A stretch of 64,000 bases of DNA from Nymphaea colorata (lineage: Eukaryota). Of this stretch, positions 40,622 through 64,000 are shown one piece after another. The DNA lies in contig NC_045138.2 in the NCBI RefSeq assembly GCF_008831285.2, positions 33,542,001-33,606,000 on the forward strand, written 5' to 3'. The first letter of the stretch is position 1; each line of letters begins with the position of its first letter. The notes under the pieces were generated by a model. The model worked only from the letters and a program-made list of their open reading frames with translations. It did not search any database and was not told where the DNA came from. The position numbers and the translations under genes were made by a program.

Positions 40622-41968
40622 AGAGCTAGCAATCTAGCTGCGTTGATCCCTTCAGGGTCTGTAAAACTTCTTAGATCTTTGTCCTCCTTATTTCACGTAT
40701 TCTGAAGCCATATACCATCGACATCCAAGCTCGATTGCACCGTGTGGCAATCGTTTGCATAAATAAATCAAATAGTTAGGAAACCAATATGTGAATAAAT
40801 AAAGTTTTTGGAGGCATCTGCCGACAGAAGCTCACATGTAGCTCTATCTTTTTACGAAAGCTATTTTGTGATGCACGTTACTATGCAAGGGAACCATCTC
40901 CTTATGTTCTGAAATGTTATTCTTGGAAAAATCTCAATTTGTGTGCAAATCTTGGTTCTGGAATATGACGATGTCTTTGCTTGACTAGAATTCCCGAAGA
41001 ACCAGAAAAACCTGAAGCTCAACTTTTGAACTAAAAGTTGTGCGACCGGCCGATGAGTCCAGTTGGAAGTCTTTTGGCTGTACCAATTCATTTGTAGCCT
41101 GACTTCCATTCTATAATTTATTCTCCTGGATCCAGACATTTTATATCACTATTACTAAGTATGCTCTGCTATGCCACTCTGCAGGTAGCTGCAGAAACCC
41201 TAAGCTTAGACAGGGAGAATTTCCTTACAAATCAGAGCTAAAGCCCCATTGAATCGGTTTTTTGTTTGATTGAATAGACTTATTAAGCTCATTAACACGA
41301 TCTAACCGACTGATAAATTCAGCCTGGATGTTGCTATATGTTACGTTTCTTGTACCATCAAGCATCAACGAAGGAAAGTTTCCGAAAAATAAAAAATCAA
41401 TTGAAATATTTGGCTTCATTAAGAAAAAATCGAATAAGAGGTCTGACATTTGGGCAAAAGTCGCCACTCAACTTTTAAATCAAAGATGAAAATTTCTCAG
41501 CACTATATATATACATACACACACAGAGACACATGTGAATTATTTATGGTGATTATAAGCCTTCCGATTCACTGGATGATTGTTTAATTATATGATTCAC
41601 ATTGAAAACTATATTTCAAAATCAAACTACTAATTGTCACCCACCTTTTAGAAAATTAAATTTATACGTTTAATTTTATAAAACATCAATCAAATTGATT
41701 GCGTGAATCATAATTAATATATTGTATGCATAGAAACCGTACAATTTATTTATATTCTTAATTTTTTCAAAAACAAGAAGCTACAAAAAAAGTTCTAAAA
41801 GGTCTGAAGATTTTCTTTGCGAATCATAAAGTAACAGAAAAAAAAAAAAAAATCCTAGGTGCAATGCAGCATATTTTCTCCCAGATGAAAGCATGTTTAG
41901 AGATGCAGGGATGGCTACCCCTGCTGTAGTCGTGTGTCACAACTTGGGTGTTAAGGGTGCGACAAAAA

Positions 41969-42541
41969 GTAATGGAAAATATGGCTTAGGACTTTTGTTT
42001 GACGCGTTTGTTTCGGCCCTGATATGGTTTAAAGTCTGAAGTGAAGCGTCTAAAGTCAGTAGCATGACGCTCGGTCTAGCCATTCAAACATGCCTTCCTT
42101 TCTCTCGCTTTCCTTTCCATGTCTGGTTAATGGAAAAAGTGGCTTAAAACTTTGACACTCGGTCTAACCATTCCAAGGCGGTTTTATTCTCTCGCTTTCA
42201 ATGGATCTCTCTTCCATGGCTGGTTAACATAAAAAGTGGCCTAAAACTTTGAATGGCATGTTTGTTTCAGCGGTGATATGGTTGAAATGGAGCATCTAAA
42301 GTTATGCTTTGACACTCGGTCTAACCATTCAAACACGCCTTCATTCTGTCGCTTTGTATGGATCTCTCTTTCCATGGCTGGTTAATGGAAAAAGCAGCTT
42401 AAAACTTTGGTCGATTTCTTTGTTTCAACCAAAGTTGCATGAAAACTCGGTCCAACCATTCAAACACGGCTTCGTTCTCTCACACCCTATGGGTCTCTCT
42501 CTACTATGGTTATGGTTGGTTAGTAAGAAAAGTGGCTTAAA
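41969..42541. repeat. Degenerate tandem repeat (~95-bp core, 4+ copies) in the gene 4 promoter
   Basis: CTCGGTCTAACCATTCAAAC...TTCCATGGCTGGTTAATGGAAAAAGTGGCTTAAAACTTT occurs at ~42066, 42154, 42311 and 42444. Confidence 0.85.
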
Positions 42542-42990
42542 TTAGAGGCGGAGCAAATCAACTTTTTTTAGGCAAGTCGACTAGTATTTTCAAAATTTGT
42601 ACAGATTGAATGATATTTTTCAAGATTTTTATATGTGTATGCAAGTTGACATGCCTGAGCCTTGGCAATTTGGCAGCCTGTTGCAACTTCATAATCATCA
42701 TCTTGAATTTCTCGGACGGGTGCTGTCCTCTCGAGTCGTCTACTGCGGAAAAGGGCAATCTTAAATAGTCTCACATGGTGAGAAAGACGTGGCAAGATGC
42801 AAACGTGCAAGCTGGTTGTGGGCTTTAAACATCTGATTGCAAAATCTCATGGACCAAGCATGGTGTCTCCTATCGATCGACAATCCCTTCAATTTTGATA
42901 ATATTTTCTCATTCTTCTCACCCGCAGACCCTTCCTCTTTTCTGACCTCTTGCTCTGTTTTCTGCAATGCCACCAACGTCATCTTCTGCC

Positions 42991-47790
<4,800 letters not shown>

Positions 47791-50700
47791 AAACGTCAGT
47801 GCATAATCACTTTATTCTGCAAGTTTTTCCGCTCTTTTCATGTCTTACTTCATCCGCAAGTTCATCTTTTCGATCTTGCGGACAACAACATGATGAAGTC
47901 AAGAACGTGATTCCAGGAGACGACGCCAAAGCGGATCTCAGAAAACAAAATGAAGAAGTCCGGACTTGATCTAGGGTCTTTCAATTAACACCCTTCACAG
48001 ACCCTTCCTGCCACTTCTTCACTATCTTTAATGGTAGCATCATAAATTAGCTATCAAAGTCTTTTCAGCATGAATGTCAGCCAGCAAGACCACTAATTAG
48101 AATTAGTGGTTGTGGCGCTTCTTGAGCTACTAACGGGCCTCATGCATGCATGTTGCAGTGAGCCAAAACTTAAAGATGTCATTGTTTCACTGCGAATAGA
48201 ACAATGTTACCTGAATTGATGGGCAATTGCTTCCAATTGATGGTTCGCCGATTAACTAAAAAATTGGGTTGAATAAGTTTCCTTTTTTGTTCCCAATTTT
48301 AATATCTATTAGGCGCTCTGTTATTTACGAGTCATACTATTTGGATACTTTTTTCATAACTTCCTTCAGTAAGAAAAAGATGGGAATTACCGTGATTCCT
48401 TAATTAGTAACCGCGTGCTTTTGGGGAAGAAAAGAGCAAAAACTAAATTCCCTATCCTTACCCCACGAAAAAAGCTTAAAGAAACTTGTTAATTTTTAAT
48501 GATAGTTCAGACAGGAAATAAATTCTCATTAAGTTTTGCGTTCAGTTCATTTTCTCACATTTGAATCAGACTGTTAAGAAAAATGTCGATTGGAACTTTG
48601 GTTGGTACCTTTCTTGTCTTGATCTGAACTCAAACTCGACTACAAAAATGTACAATTGTCGAATCGAACCCACTGACCTATCTTCATCCCTGTTTCTGTT
48701 TCACTGGGTTTCGCAAATGACATGTTTAAATCAATCCATTAATTACACAGATTCTACCTTTGTTTAAAAATGACCTACAGAATATGTTTAACCTTGGTCC
48801 CAAATTGTTTAATGTCCTAAGCACCAAGTAGAATATCTTTCAGTACCCCAACTGTAATAGTACATTTCAGTTATTGCAGAATAGCACATGGATGTAAACC
48901 GACAACTGTCCCCTCTACTAGATATTATGGCTTGATGTTTATACTGCAGGGACCAGCTTCGATCAAATCCTACTTTTTCCTTGTCACAAAGTGCCGACAT
49001 GTTTGATACCATGCACAGAAAGTCAACTCTTAATTGCTCTAATGTCTTGATTTCAACAAGTTTGAGATGCTGCTGTAATCGACATCGCAAACTAAATGCG
49101 TACACTTACAGTTGCCAAGTAACCGCACCTTTTTTTTTCCTGACTTTTTATTATCTGCTTGGAAGAAAATGCATCCATTGCAGTTATAAATTAACTTTTA
49201 CATTGAAGGTATGAAGCTCATTTTACTGTTTGTGCAGCAAGAAAGATATGTCTGAATCCCAAAGAAAGGTATGTAAAATATGGTTAAACTGGTTGATGAT
49301 AATTGCTAGCATAGGAAAGAGGACTAGAGCATGCATGGGGAGGGATGACAAGCAATGACTTACTAGGGTCACCCTGAGAGAAGAATAGCAACTTAATTGA
49401 TAGCACTTTACCCTGAACTATAGATGCATTTCAAGTCTAGTATCGGACTCAGGGTAAGTTCCAGATGAAAGACCAGAAGGCCAAGACAGTCGAGAGGAAG
49501 CAAGACGAACTTACAACTAAAACAAACCTTAGTAAATAAGGCCACTACAAGTGGCCTACTGAAGATGGATAGCTGACACCTGCCTGAATACATGGTAAGA
49601 CTTGTAGGAACTAGGAACATAGTAACATTTTGCTGAACCACCGTCACAGAAGAGCCGAAACAACTCTGCTGAAAAACCATATAAACCAGGCAACTTGCTT
49701 CAGCTAAGACAGCAAACCGCTGCCTTCACCTTTGTAGCATGAATTGGCAGGGAGGTGGCCTATGCAACAAAGAGAGAAGGGAGACAAGGGTGGAAAAGCA
49801 GAGTACCTTGAGGAGCTGAAAGGGAGTTCGAAAGAAGTTTGTGAGAGTTGGAGGGTGCAAACAAAGATTAAAAGGTGCATGTTAATTTGCCTGTGGTGAG
49901 ACACAGAGAAATGGAAGAAGTGGTTATTTTGGTCTCCCCAGACAAGTGAGACCTTTTTCTTTGTCTACACTGATTGGTATCCGTTGTCAATTCCTCCTAG
50001 ATGAGAAAGGGGAAGGCCCAAATGGATTGGGGCTAAATTGAAGATCAGCCAACTAGGCCTTCCATGCAGACGTGTAACCAAATTGTCATGTAACAAGGAA
50101 GACTGCAACTCCATGACCTGCTAATTAACAAATACGATACAACTTCTTGGACAACTTAATTGCCAACAAGGAGTTGGGAAATAAAAAGAATAAAAGTGAA
50201 TTAAACCTCAGCAAAACTCGGATTCCGGGCAGAATAAAGAGAGGGAGATCAGAAAAATAAATGTGGATCTAGGCTTGGATATTCAATATTAGATAAGATG
50301 CTTAATTTAAGTGATACTGGAATAAAATACTGAGATTAAGAATAGTAATTGAATTGTAGTAAATAATTGTATCATGTATTACACTATTCTATTGATTGCA
50401 ATTTGCAACGAAATCTTTCATAATTAGATTTCAAGTTAGCAACTCCTTTTTTTTTCCCTTTCTCCTTTCTATTTCAGATTGAAGAAGAGAATCCAAAATA
50501 TAAAGGAGATTTACGCCCAAGGGTAAAAACCCCAGAGTTAAGGTTATTTTGGAATGTACCAGTTGTGTCCGAAAGACTGGAAAAATCCACCACCAAACAA
50601 GACCGAAGAAGTAAAACTAGCATCCATTTCTCACCAAGTCTATGTACACGGACCTCCCTGGGGAAGCAAACTTTGGTCCCATATTTAAGACAATCAATTC

Positions 50701-51030
50701 GGCACATGTTTTTTGTTAGACCAAACCTTTTATAAAAGTTCAAGGCCATGACAATATAAAATTTTGACCAACAAAGAGCATGATAAACCAAAATTTTGAG
50801 AAAAGTGTTGACTTTCAAGAGCAAATTTACATTGATCCTTTCAGTCTTGAGGCTAATCCAATGAAGAATGCTACTATTACTGGGCCAGACATTTGGCAGG
50901 CCTCTGATTGGTGAAACCCTGGCGGTTCCCATGGACAAGCAAGTAGCACAACCCACCTTCAACCTTGCGGCGAAGGGATGCTTCTCATGTGCTGAATATG
51001 TCCATCTAGTCCACTTGGGGGTGTGAACCT

Positions 51031-56912
<5,882 letters not shown>

Positions 56913-59900
56913 TTAGCCTTCTCGCTCATTCATGATCTGAAACCAAGGATTTCCTTTTTGATTTATCATGCAGCGAAGCCATTCCTGCCGTTGGGGACTC
57001 GGCCATGTTGGTCTTTTATGTGCTGCACCAAACAACCCCCGTCCCTGTGGCGTCAATCCTCAAAATTAATACATCCGATGGTGTCCCTCAAAATGGACCA
57101 ATCACCGGATTCAGCATTGAAGTAAGGGGATAGAAGACGACCAGGAGGCAAACCTATAAACCAACCAACTTGTATGCAATCAGATCTTCTTACTGTTCTT
57201 GTTTCTGAGACAATATCATGGTCAGATATAGGTTCAACTAAGTACATACCTACTTATCTGAACTAACTGGCTAATGATCAAACAAGGACCCAATTCGAAA
57301 CTCACTGGATTACGCGGTGTAGCGGATTTCGACCCATCCCCATCCAAAACCTGGCTTTGGTTTAGCATTTAAACTTAATGAGTGTTTATATGCTAAAGAT
57401 AGTAACTGTGTTCAGACTTATATGATCATCATTCTCTTCATTAAGTGCCTTTGGATGTGAGATTATGTTAAACTGATCTGTACACATGGATTTTGCGATT
57501 CAAGTGTGGCAGGATCGCAGGTTGCTTAAAGAGTCGACAATCATGATATCATCCCAGACTCAGATCGATCAACTTCTTAGGTGACTCTTTCAGAAGTGCA
57601 CCCATGGAGAATGCAAGAACAAGTCAACCGTTAATTTGTTGCTCGTTCTGAACACTAGAACAACTCTGGGATTTTGAGAATTCATAGCGAAGTGCCTGAT
57701 GAAGAAAGGGAAGAAGACTCGAGATGCACGAGCTTTGACGTGCCCTGTTTTTTTAGGTCCACAGAAGACAATTTGCGCACAACGGGGACGGGAAAGCAAC
57801 AGTAAATGTCTTTCCTTTTCTCTGGCCTCCTCATAAATGAGGCTTACAGGAAAGGTGCCACAGGCCTACCCGCATTTAAGAGTTGAAGAGCAAGGTTTCC
57901 TTTTTCTTTTTCTGACATTTTTTACTTTACTGAAGTGAAAAAGAAGTGCGTTTAAACAGAGGAGGTAATTCTTAGTAGAAGATACAAGGCAGAAAATGTC
58001 ACGGAAATTAAGCTGTTTTTCTTTAATCTAATGCTTCTTATAATTTTTTCCAACCCGATATTATCTTGCGAATGTGAATGGGTTGGATTCTTTCGGGAAA
58101 AAAAATGGTGGCAACTCACGCTAATTTGGTTTGCTAAAGAAAAATTCCGAAAGTTAAAATCCCATGATCTGTAATGTAATACGGGTTCAGATAAGTGAAG
58201 CCATTGACTCGAAGATCTTTTTTATCTTTTTCTTTCCTTGAAAGTTAGATACAGATTCAATGCCTTTTGGGCCACGAGGAACACGTACATATAAGTAAAA
58301 GCTCGTGCATCTCGTCATACGAGTAATTTGTATGGATAAACAGCACTCACTGTAATTAATTTCCTGTTAAAAGCACTCCTAAACAATGTTTATCTTGTGT
58401 AAACTCAGACTATGAATTCTTTCATCTTGGCCCAGCCAGCGTAGAATTATAATTAGCTCATTCTGTTTGGGTGTTTTTCTTATTAATGCATATTATACGT
58501 GCATTTCCTCGTATATATGTAAACTCACGTGTGCAATTTATTAGTTCCTGAAACGTTTCGTGAAAAGGGTCTCTCCCACAACATTGAAGCCCAACGATTC
58601 AGCTATTTTACCTCTCAAAGCAACGGATTTTAACTGTTCAATTACCATGTTGATAAGAAATTCTTGTGAGATCACTTTTGGTTTAATTTCTGATCACTTT
58701 CTAAACGATTAATGTACTGATTTTTTCTGCACTGATCCTTTCTGATTCGGTAGGCCAGGGAGAAACAAAGAATTCCAGTTCCATGTATGCTGCAGACTTT
58801 CTACTTGGTGAAACGCTCGACATTCTCACGATTTTAAGAAGTACGACCAGTGTTAATGCTGAGACAGAAGATACTCCTTTTTGAAAATCTGTGTTCATGA
58901 TAACTCACTGTTGGGGGCACTAGTTAAAAAAATGTGAATACAATTCCCCTCGTTCATTTTTCCGTATCTTTGTTTCCGCTCGGAGGGATCAGTCTGTAAC
59001 TGTTCCATGAATCTTCATATATAAAACACTTAGAACACTTATTTAAAGTGTTTGATGAATCTGCTTCAATTTTTTTAACATATTACAGAACAATTACAGG
59101 TTCTAGTAACATGGGAATAAGATGAGTAAATGCCAATATTTTTTTGTCTGTGTACAAGCACCGTGATTTGCTGGGCTCTTTGATCCTTTCCGTCTTCATC
59201 ACAAGGGCCACCAAAGGAATGGTCTCTGATAAATTCAAGCACTACTTTCAATATTAAATACCTTGGTAGGTGTTCTTTCTCAAGGAAATTAAGGACTGAT
59301 AGTCAAGTTTTCCGGGCATTAAAAGGCTTCTCCTTTACTGTCTTGTTCATATGTTTTCTCCTTGTAAAATCAGTCCAACTTAATAAATTAATCCTGACTA
59401 ATACATGAGGCCGCAACTTAACTATGTGATGGCAATTTGTCGAACGAGACCACAAACTAACTTATGCAATATGAATCCCTTTCTGGGAATACTTACAACT
59501 TGTGCATATCCGTGACGCGTAATAGAATTTTGAAACTATAGATTCAATTATTCAAGCTCATTGAAATAACTTGTTTTAGATAGGTATAGTTGCATAATCT
59601 TCTTTCAGAAATTACTTCAAGAAAATTTTACAAAACATTCTTTAGTTTTGTGAAAAATTTTGAACAGTAGGGTTTAAGTTTCCATAAGTTCTCCATAGCA
59701 TGTCTGATTTCTTAAAAAACTACCCAATGCATGTCTAATTTTTTGGAAAAAGAAAGTAGAAATGAAACGCAAAGTTGGAAAGAGCAAACAAATTTGTTAA
59801 CTGGAAACTCCAAAGTCCTGTAAGGTGGCCTTTTTTATTTTTATTTTTTTTTTAATCTTTCGTCTTCTTTCTCGATTTGGTTAAACTGTTCGAATTTTTA

Positions 59901-62581
59901 ATGATCACTTGGATGTTCATAAGGTTAAACTATTGTTCTCTTTTCTTCTTTCTTTTAACTTTGTTGGCCGTTGTCAAGTGCACCGATATCATTCGATTTC
60001 TTAAATCATAATTCTGAGGAACAAAAGACCGAGTCACTCGACTCCACAATGTATTGCTCTCAACTTGTTTAGTTTCTCGAAGCAATCTAACTCGCGATAG
60101 AAACTTTCCTCCACTTTCGCATGTAGCTGTCGACATATTTAAGCCAAAAAATATTGATTCTGTTCTTAATCTTAAAAGTAAGGCGGCTGATACGTACCAG
60201 TTTACAAAAGATTGATATCTATAGGACTAGATCGGAAGTATAAAATACGTTTTGTAAAGTACCAAAAATAATTATCTTGTCTTCTTCATCTCATAAAATT
60301 CATCCCAGATATCCCATTTTCATTTTTTTTTAATTTCCCATTTATATTGCATCTGTCAGTAGGATTAGTTTTTATCTCTCTGAGAGAGACAGAGATATTG
60401 AAATCCAGCTGTCTGCATTGAAAGTGCCATGCAAGCATTAGGTTTACGGTATATATACTAGTTCTTTATACTGCATTTACCCATAGCTTTTAAATATTTA
60501 GATATCTGGCAACATTCGGCAGCCCGCTGATACTCAATTCTATGTTACATGTGCACCTACCAATATTTTAAGCTGTTTCATATAAATTAAAACATATCAA
60601 TAGATGCAAAGTATATGAAAATATGGGGATGAAAACTCATTGAAACTTCAATGAATATACTGTTTTGAATTTTATAATTCGAGAAAGCATTAAGGCTGCT
60701 ATTTTGAAATATTATACAATTTAATTTGTGCCTTAAGTCATATAAATATAACTGAATGCATATAGAATAGCACCCATGGTGCTTGCGGGGTAATTAGACA
60801 CTCAAAGGCGCTAGAGAAACTAAAAGGCGGTTTTGTATCATTATTCGAGGTCGACTTTTGTTGGTAATGTTACTTTCATTTTTCTTAATTTTGTACTTTT
60901 TATTTTTAATTTAGTAGAAATCACGGTATTCAAATTTTTAATTAAATCCAGTTCGCTCTTTCAAATCATCCAGTTTGTTTGATATTTAAAGAGAAAAAAC
61001 AAACAAACAAACCTAATAACCAATTTTAATACGAAAAAGAAAAAAAAAAAACCCTGGTCAGCTTAATTATAGCCTGGTTAAATCAAGCTCCAACTTGTAA
61101 AAATATCATTCATATCTATGTCTTTGTTTAATTAGATAACTTCCATTTGGCTTGTGTTTCTGCTTCATTCATCTCTACTGTGTTGAAATTGGTGGGTGGG
61201 TAGGAATCAAGGATGATTGAAGCATCTTCCTCATGAAAAAAAAAAAAAAAAACACAAGTACATTGTGGGCAGATAAATCCAAAGCATTTGCAACTACTAC
61301 CACAAAATAATCTAATGAGTTGAAGTAAACGTTTCAACTAATATATAGAAGATTGGAGGAAACTAAAAAAAAAAGATTAAACTTCATGGATGAAGCCTTT
61401 CATTTTGAATCGTTCCACAACGGCCATCTTAAACCGAACCCGTTCGAGTCAAGATCATCTGAACTCTAGTTCTGGATGCAAACTTAAACTCAGATCAGAT
61501 ACTCTTTTTCATCGGCTGAATCAAGCACACTTGGTAAATCGACTTAAACGGCTCGGATTCGAGTCAAATATCCAACACTGCAGCAAGTATCCTACAACTT
61601 CTATCTGGTTACAAGATCCAGTTGAGATTTGGATCATAACCGAGTGTCCATTAATAGTGAGACTAAACCTGGATCCTACTGAGTATCAAATTCTCACTCG
61701 ATTGCAGGTCTCATCTAGATTTACATTAACAAAAAAAAAAAAAAGGAGCATAACAGCTGTTGCGACTTATTTCTCAAAAACATTAATGCGTCAGAGTGTC
61801 TTTTTGCGGAACCAATTCAACAAAGGCTGCTTAGAGAAATTAATGGAGATTGAAGGATTGCTAGATTAACGAAGGCATTAATGAGTTTAAGATGAACGAT
61901 AAGCTCCTCAAGAGAAGAACATGGAATTACAGATAGCCGTTCAACAATTGAGTGATTCACAAAAGCGGTTCACCTTTGAAATTTTACATTTTTGTGCTCA
62001 ATATGTCAAGATAATTTTCAAATCACTGCTGCCAAAACATTTCTACTTAGAATTAGTAATTCTGACGTTTTTGAACAAGAGATTATTCAACGGAAAATCT
62101 TTGTTAGGGAACGAATCGTTCGACAAAAATTGCACCACTAAGTCAGATGGCGTTGATGAATGTCGGACCTTCAGGATGGGAAAAAAGACACATTTAGAGG
62201 CAGAGCCTACACCTATATGTGAACTAAACCGATGGATATTCGGCAGATAAAGATAAATAAATCGTGTCCGAATCAGAACGTTCGGACATCAAAATAAAAG
62301 CAAGCTGGACATCAATGTGAAAGAATAAAAGCAACTAAATCAGATTTTTTGCTCAAATCCAAAGTAAGTGTACTGTCCAGGGGATCTTCTCGGCGCTTCG
62401 GATTCAACTGCTCCTGGAAAAATCTGATTAAAGTTGGATTGGCCAATGTTTGAATCTGAACGTGGATTCCTACATCCAGCCTGAAAGCTCGTGTTTGGAT
62501 CCAAAATCCAGACAACGGCCTCACCAATCAGTGTTTGGATCCAAAACCCATTGAAGCGGCCGAAATCTAATTCTATTTCAA

Positions 62582-62784
62582 CCATAGTTGGCTGACTCGT
62601 CAAGTTGGCTCGAAAATTGTTAGAGTCAGCTCGAATCGCTAAAACAATTGGCCACGAGTCAACCTAGCCACAAGTCAAAGTTGGCTTGAATCACCCTTGA
62701 CTCGGCCTGATTTGACTCTAACTGGGCTCTGATTCCCCGACTGAGACTGACTGAGTCGACAAATCAACTCGCTGACATGACGGT
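62582..62784. mobile_element. Degenerate MITE/hAT-like non-autonomous element
   Basis: Clustered GACTCG/CGAGTC-type subterminal motifs in both orientations. TIR and TSD were not resolved. Confidence 0.35.
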
Positions 62785-63149
62785 CATATTTCAAATTGAG
62801 TCCAAGTTACATTAATTAAAACCTCAGCCGTCGGTGTCGAAAGTTCTTCTTTAAGGGCAACGTGGCATTTGTTCAACCCACTCCTGAAAAAATGCAATAT
62901 ACAAAGGAGAAGCCGTGGAGCCGAGACGGCACACAGTGCGTCCGGTGAGTCAAACCGAACACGCCCACGCGTTGACCACAAGCGCAAGCTACCAGCTTTG
63001 ACTTGAGCGACATCGATCTTTTGCTTCTTCTGCGGGGCCCACCTGGCCATCGAAACGGCGAATGGTGGGGCCCTTTTCCCTCCCGCTGGCTGCTATATCC
63101 CATGCAATTCGCAACTTCATCCTCCTCCCTTCGTTTTCTTTGTGCCTCC

Positions 63150-63190
63150 TCCTTCCTTCCTTCCTTCCTTCCTTCCTTCCTTCCTTCCTT
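63150..63190. repeat. (TTCC)n microsatellite upstream of gene 6
   Basis: About 9-10 units seen directly. Confidence 0.9.
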
Positions 63191-63433
63191 TCTTTTTCCC
63201 CCCGTCAGCCCCTTATATGCCCGAAGCTCCACGCAGTCTTTCCTTTTAACGGCGAACAAGGCCATCGAGTTCTTTAATTTGCATGTTTAGCATGCCTTAT
63301 GTTGATCTTCAGCGCGTGTAGATAGTTCTCAAGGTCCCTTACATTACATGACCGCGGCAACAAATAGTGTGGATGTAGATGCATCAAATTTGAAGACAAT
63401 AGCTAGCCAGGCAGATCATGAACCGCTTTTGAG

Positions 63434-64000
63434 ATGAGAATCTTGACAAGAATGAGAAGAATTGCCTTTGCCGCTTCTCCGTCAGGCCTCTCTTTCGTTC
63501 TTCTGTCATGGATCCTGGTATTGGCGTCCTCCTACGCGCAAAACTCTTCTCTCTCGATTGGCGGAAAACTGAAGCTGAACCAGACCATCATCTCAGGAGG
63601 GAAGGAATTCGAACTGGGCTTCTTTACACCCAGAGGTAGTGCTTCCAACCAGAGATATCTGGGCATCTGGTACTATAACATCACTCAAACGGTTGTATGG
63701 GTGGCCAACAGAGAGAATCCCATCGCCGCCGACGACTCCGACGCTGCTCTTGTCCTGTCCGACAACGGAGACGCCGTGATTCTTGACGGCAGTGGGAAGA
63801 CGGTATGGTCGGCCGGCGTGTCGACGCCATCCCCTAACGGCACGTTCGCGAGGCTCGACGACACCGGGAATTTTGTCATAACCCAGGCCAGCACCGGAGT
63901 TCCGCTGTGGGAAAGCTTCAGGCATCCGACCGATACGTTCCTGCGCGACATGCGATTTTCCCGGAACACGACGACGAAGCAGGCGTTAGTATGGACTTCG
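63434..64000 (+). CDS. S-domain (bulb-type lectin) protein, probably receptor kinase gene 6, 5' partial
   Basis: Open to the window end and absent from the ORF track: MRILTRMRRIAF..LLSWILVLASSYAQ..NQTIISGGKEFELGFF..RYLGIWY..TVVWVANRENP..ARLDDTGNFVI..LWESFRHPTDTFL. Confidence 0.9.
   Translation, partial: MRILTRMRRIAFAASPSGLSFVLLSWILVLASSYAQNSSLSIGGKLKLNQTIISGGKEFELGFFTPRGSASNQRYLGIWYYNITQTVVWVANRENPIAADDSDAALVLSDNGDAVILDGSGKTVWSAGVSTPSPNGTFARLDDTGNFVITQASTGVPLWESFRHPTDTFLRDMRFSRNTTTKQALVWTS

Noticed and set aside
49270..50110. Possible solo LTR between genes 4 and 5
   Set aside because: The composition is suggestive, but no TG..CA ends, TSD or PBS/PPT could be fixed.
61390..62250. 159-aa and 109-aa ORFs
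   Set aside because: No recognisable domain, and they overlap AT-rich, MITE-like sequence.

Overview
This is plant (angiosperm) nuclear DNA carrying a tandem cluster of S-domain (G-type lectin/EGF/PAN) receptor-like Ser/Thr kinases of the SD1/SRK-like class. There are four intact 7-exon genes (21058-26546 +, 29678-33788 +, 42991-47790 +, 51031-56912 -), one copy with a 2-nt frameshift in exon 6 (36625-40621 +), and the 5' end of a sixth, more divergent gene (63434->64000 +). The first ~20 kb is the unusual part: a segmentally duplicated mosaic. It holds two decayed SRK kinase fragments, one with its exon 4 amplified 4x and fused to a mitochondrial insertion (rrn5 plus a D-arm-deleted trnP). 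It also holds a ~530-bp satellite and a co-oriented minus-strand string of captured host exons with intact splice sites: an HMA/HIPP 5' end, a ~340-bp tandem exon-intron cassette derived from ribosomal protein RPS9, and a cathepsin-B exon. A small SRK exon-6 fragment lies antisense within that string. A SAL1-like gene remnant lies between kinase genes 1 and 2. Family assignments come from manual translation and remembered consensus sequences; no database search was run.
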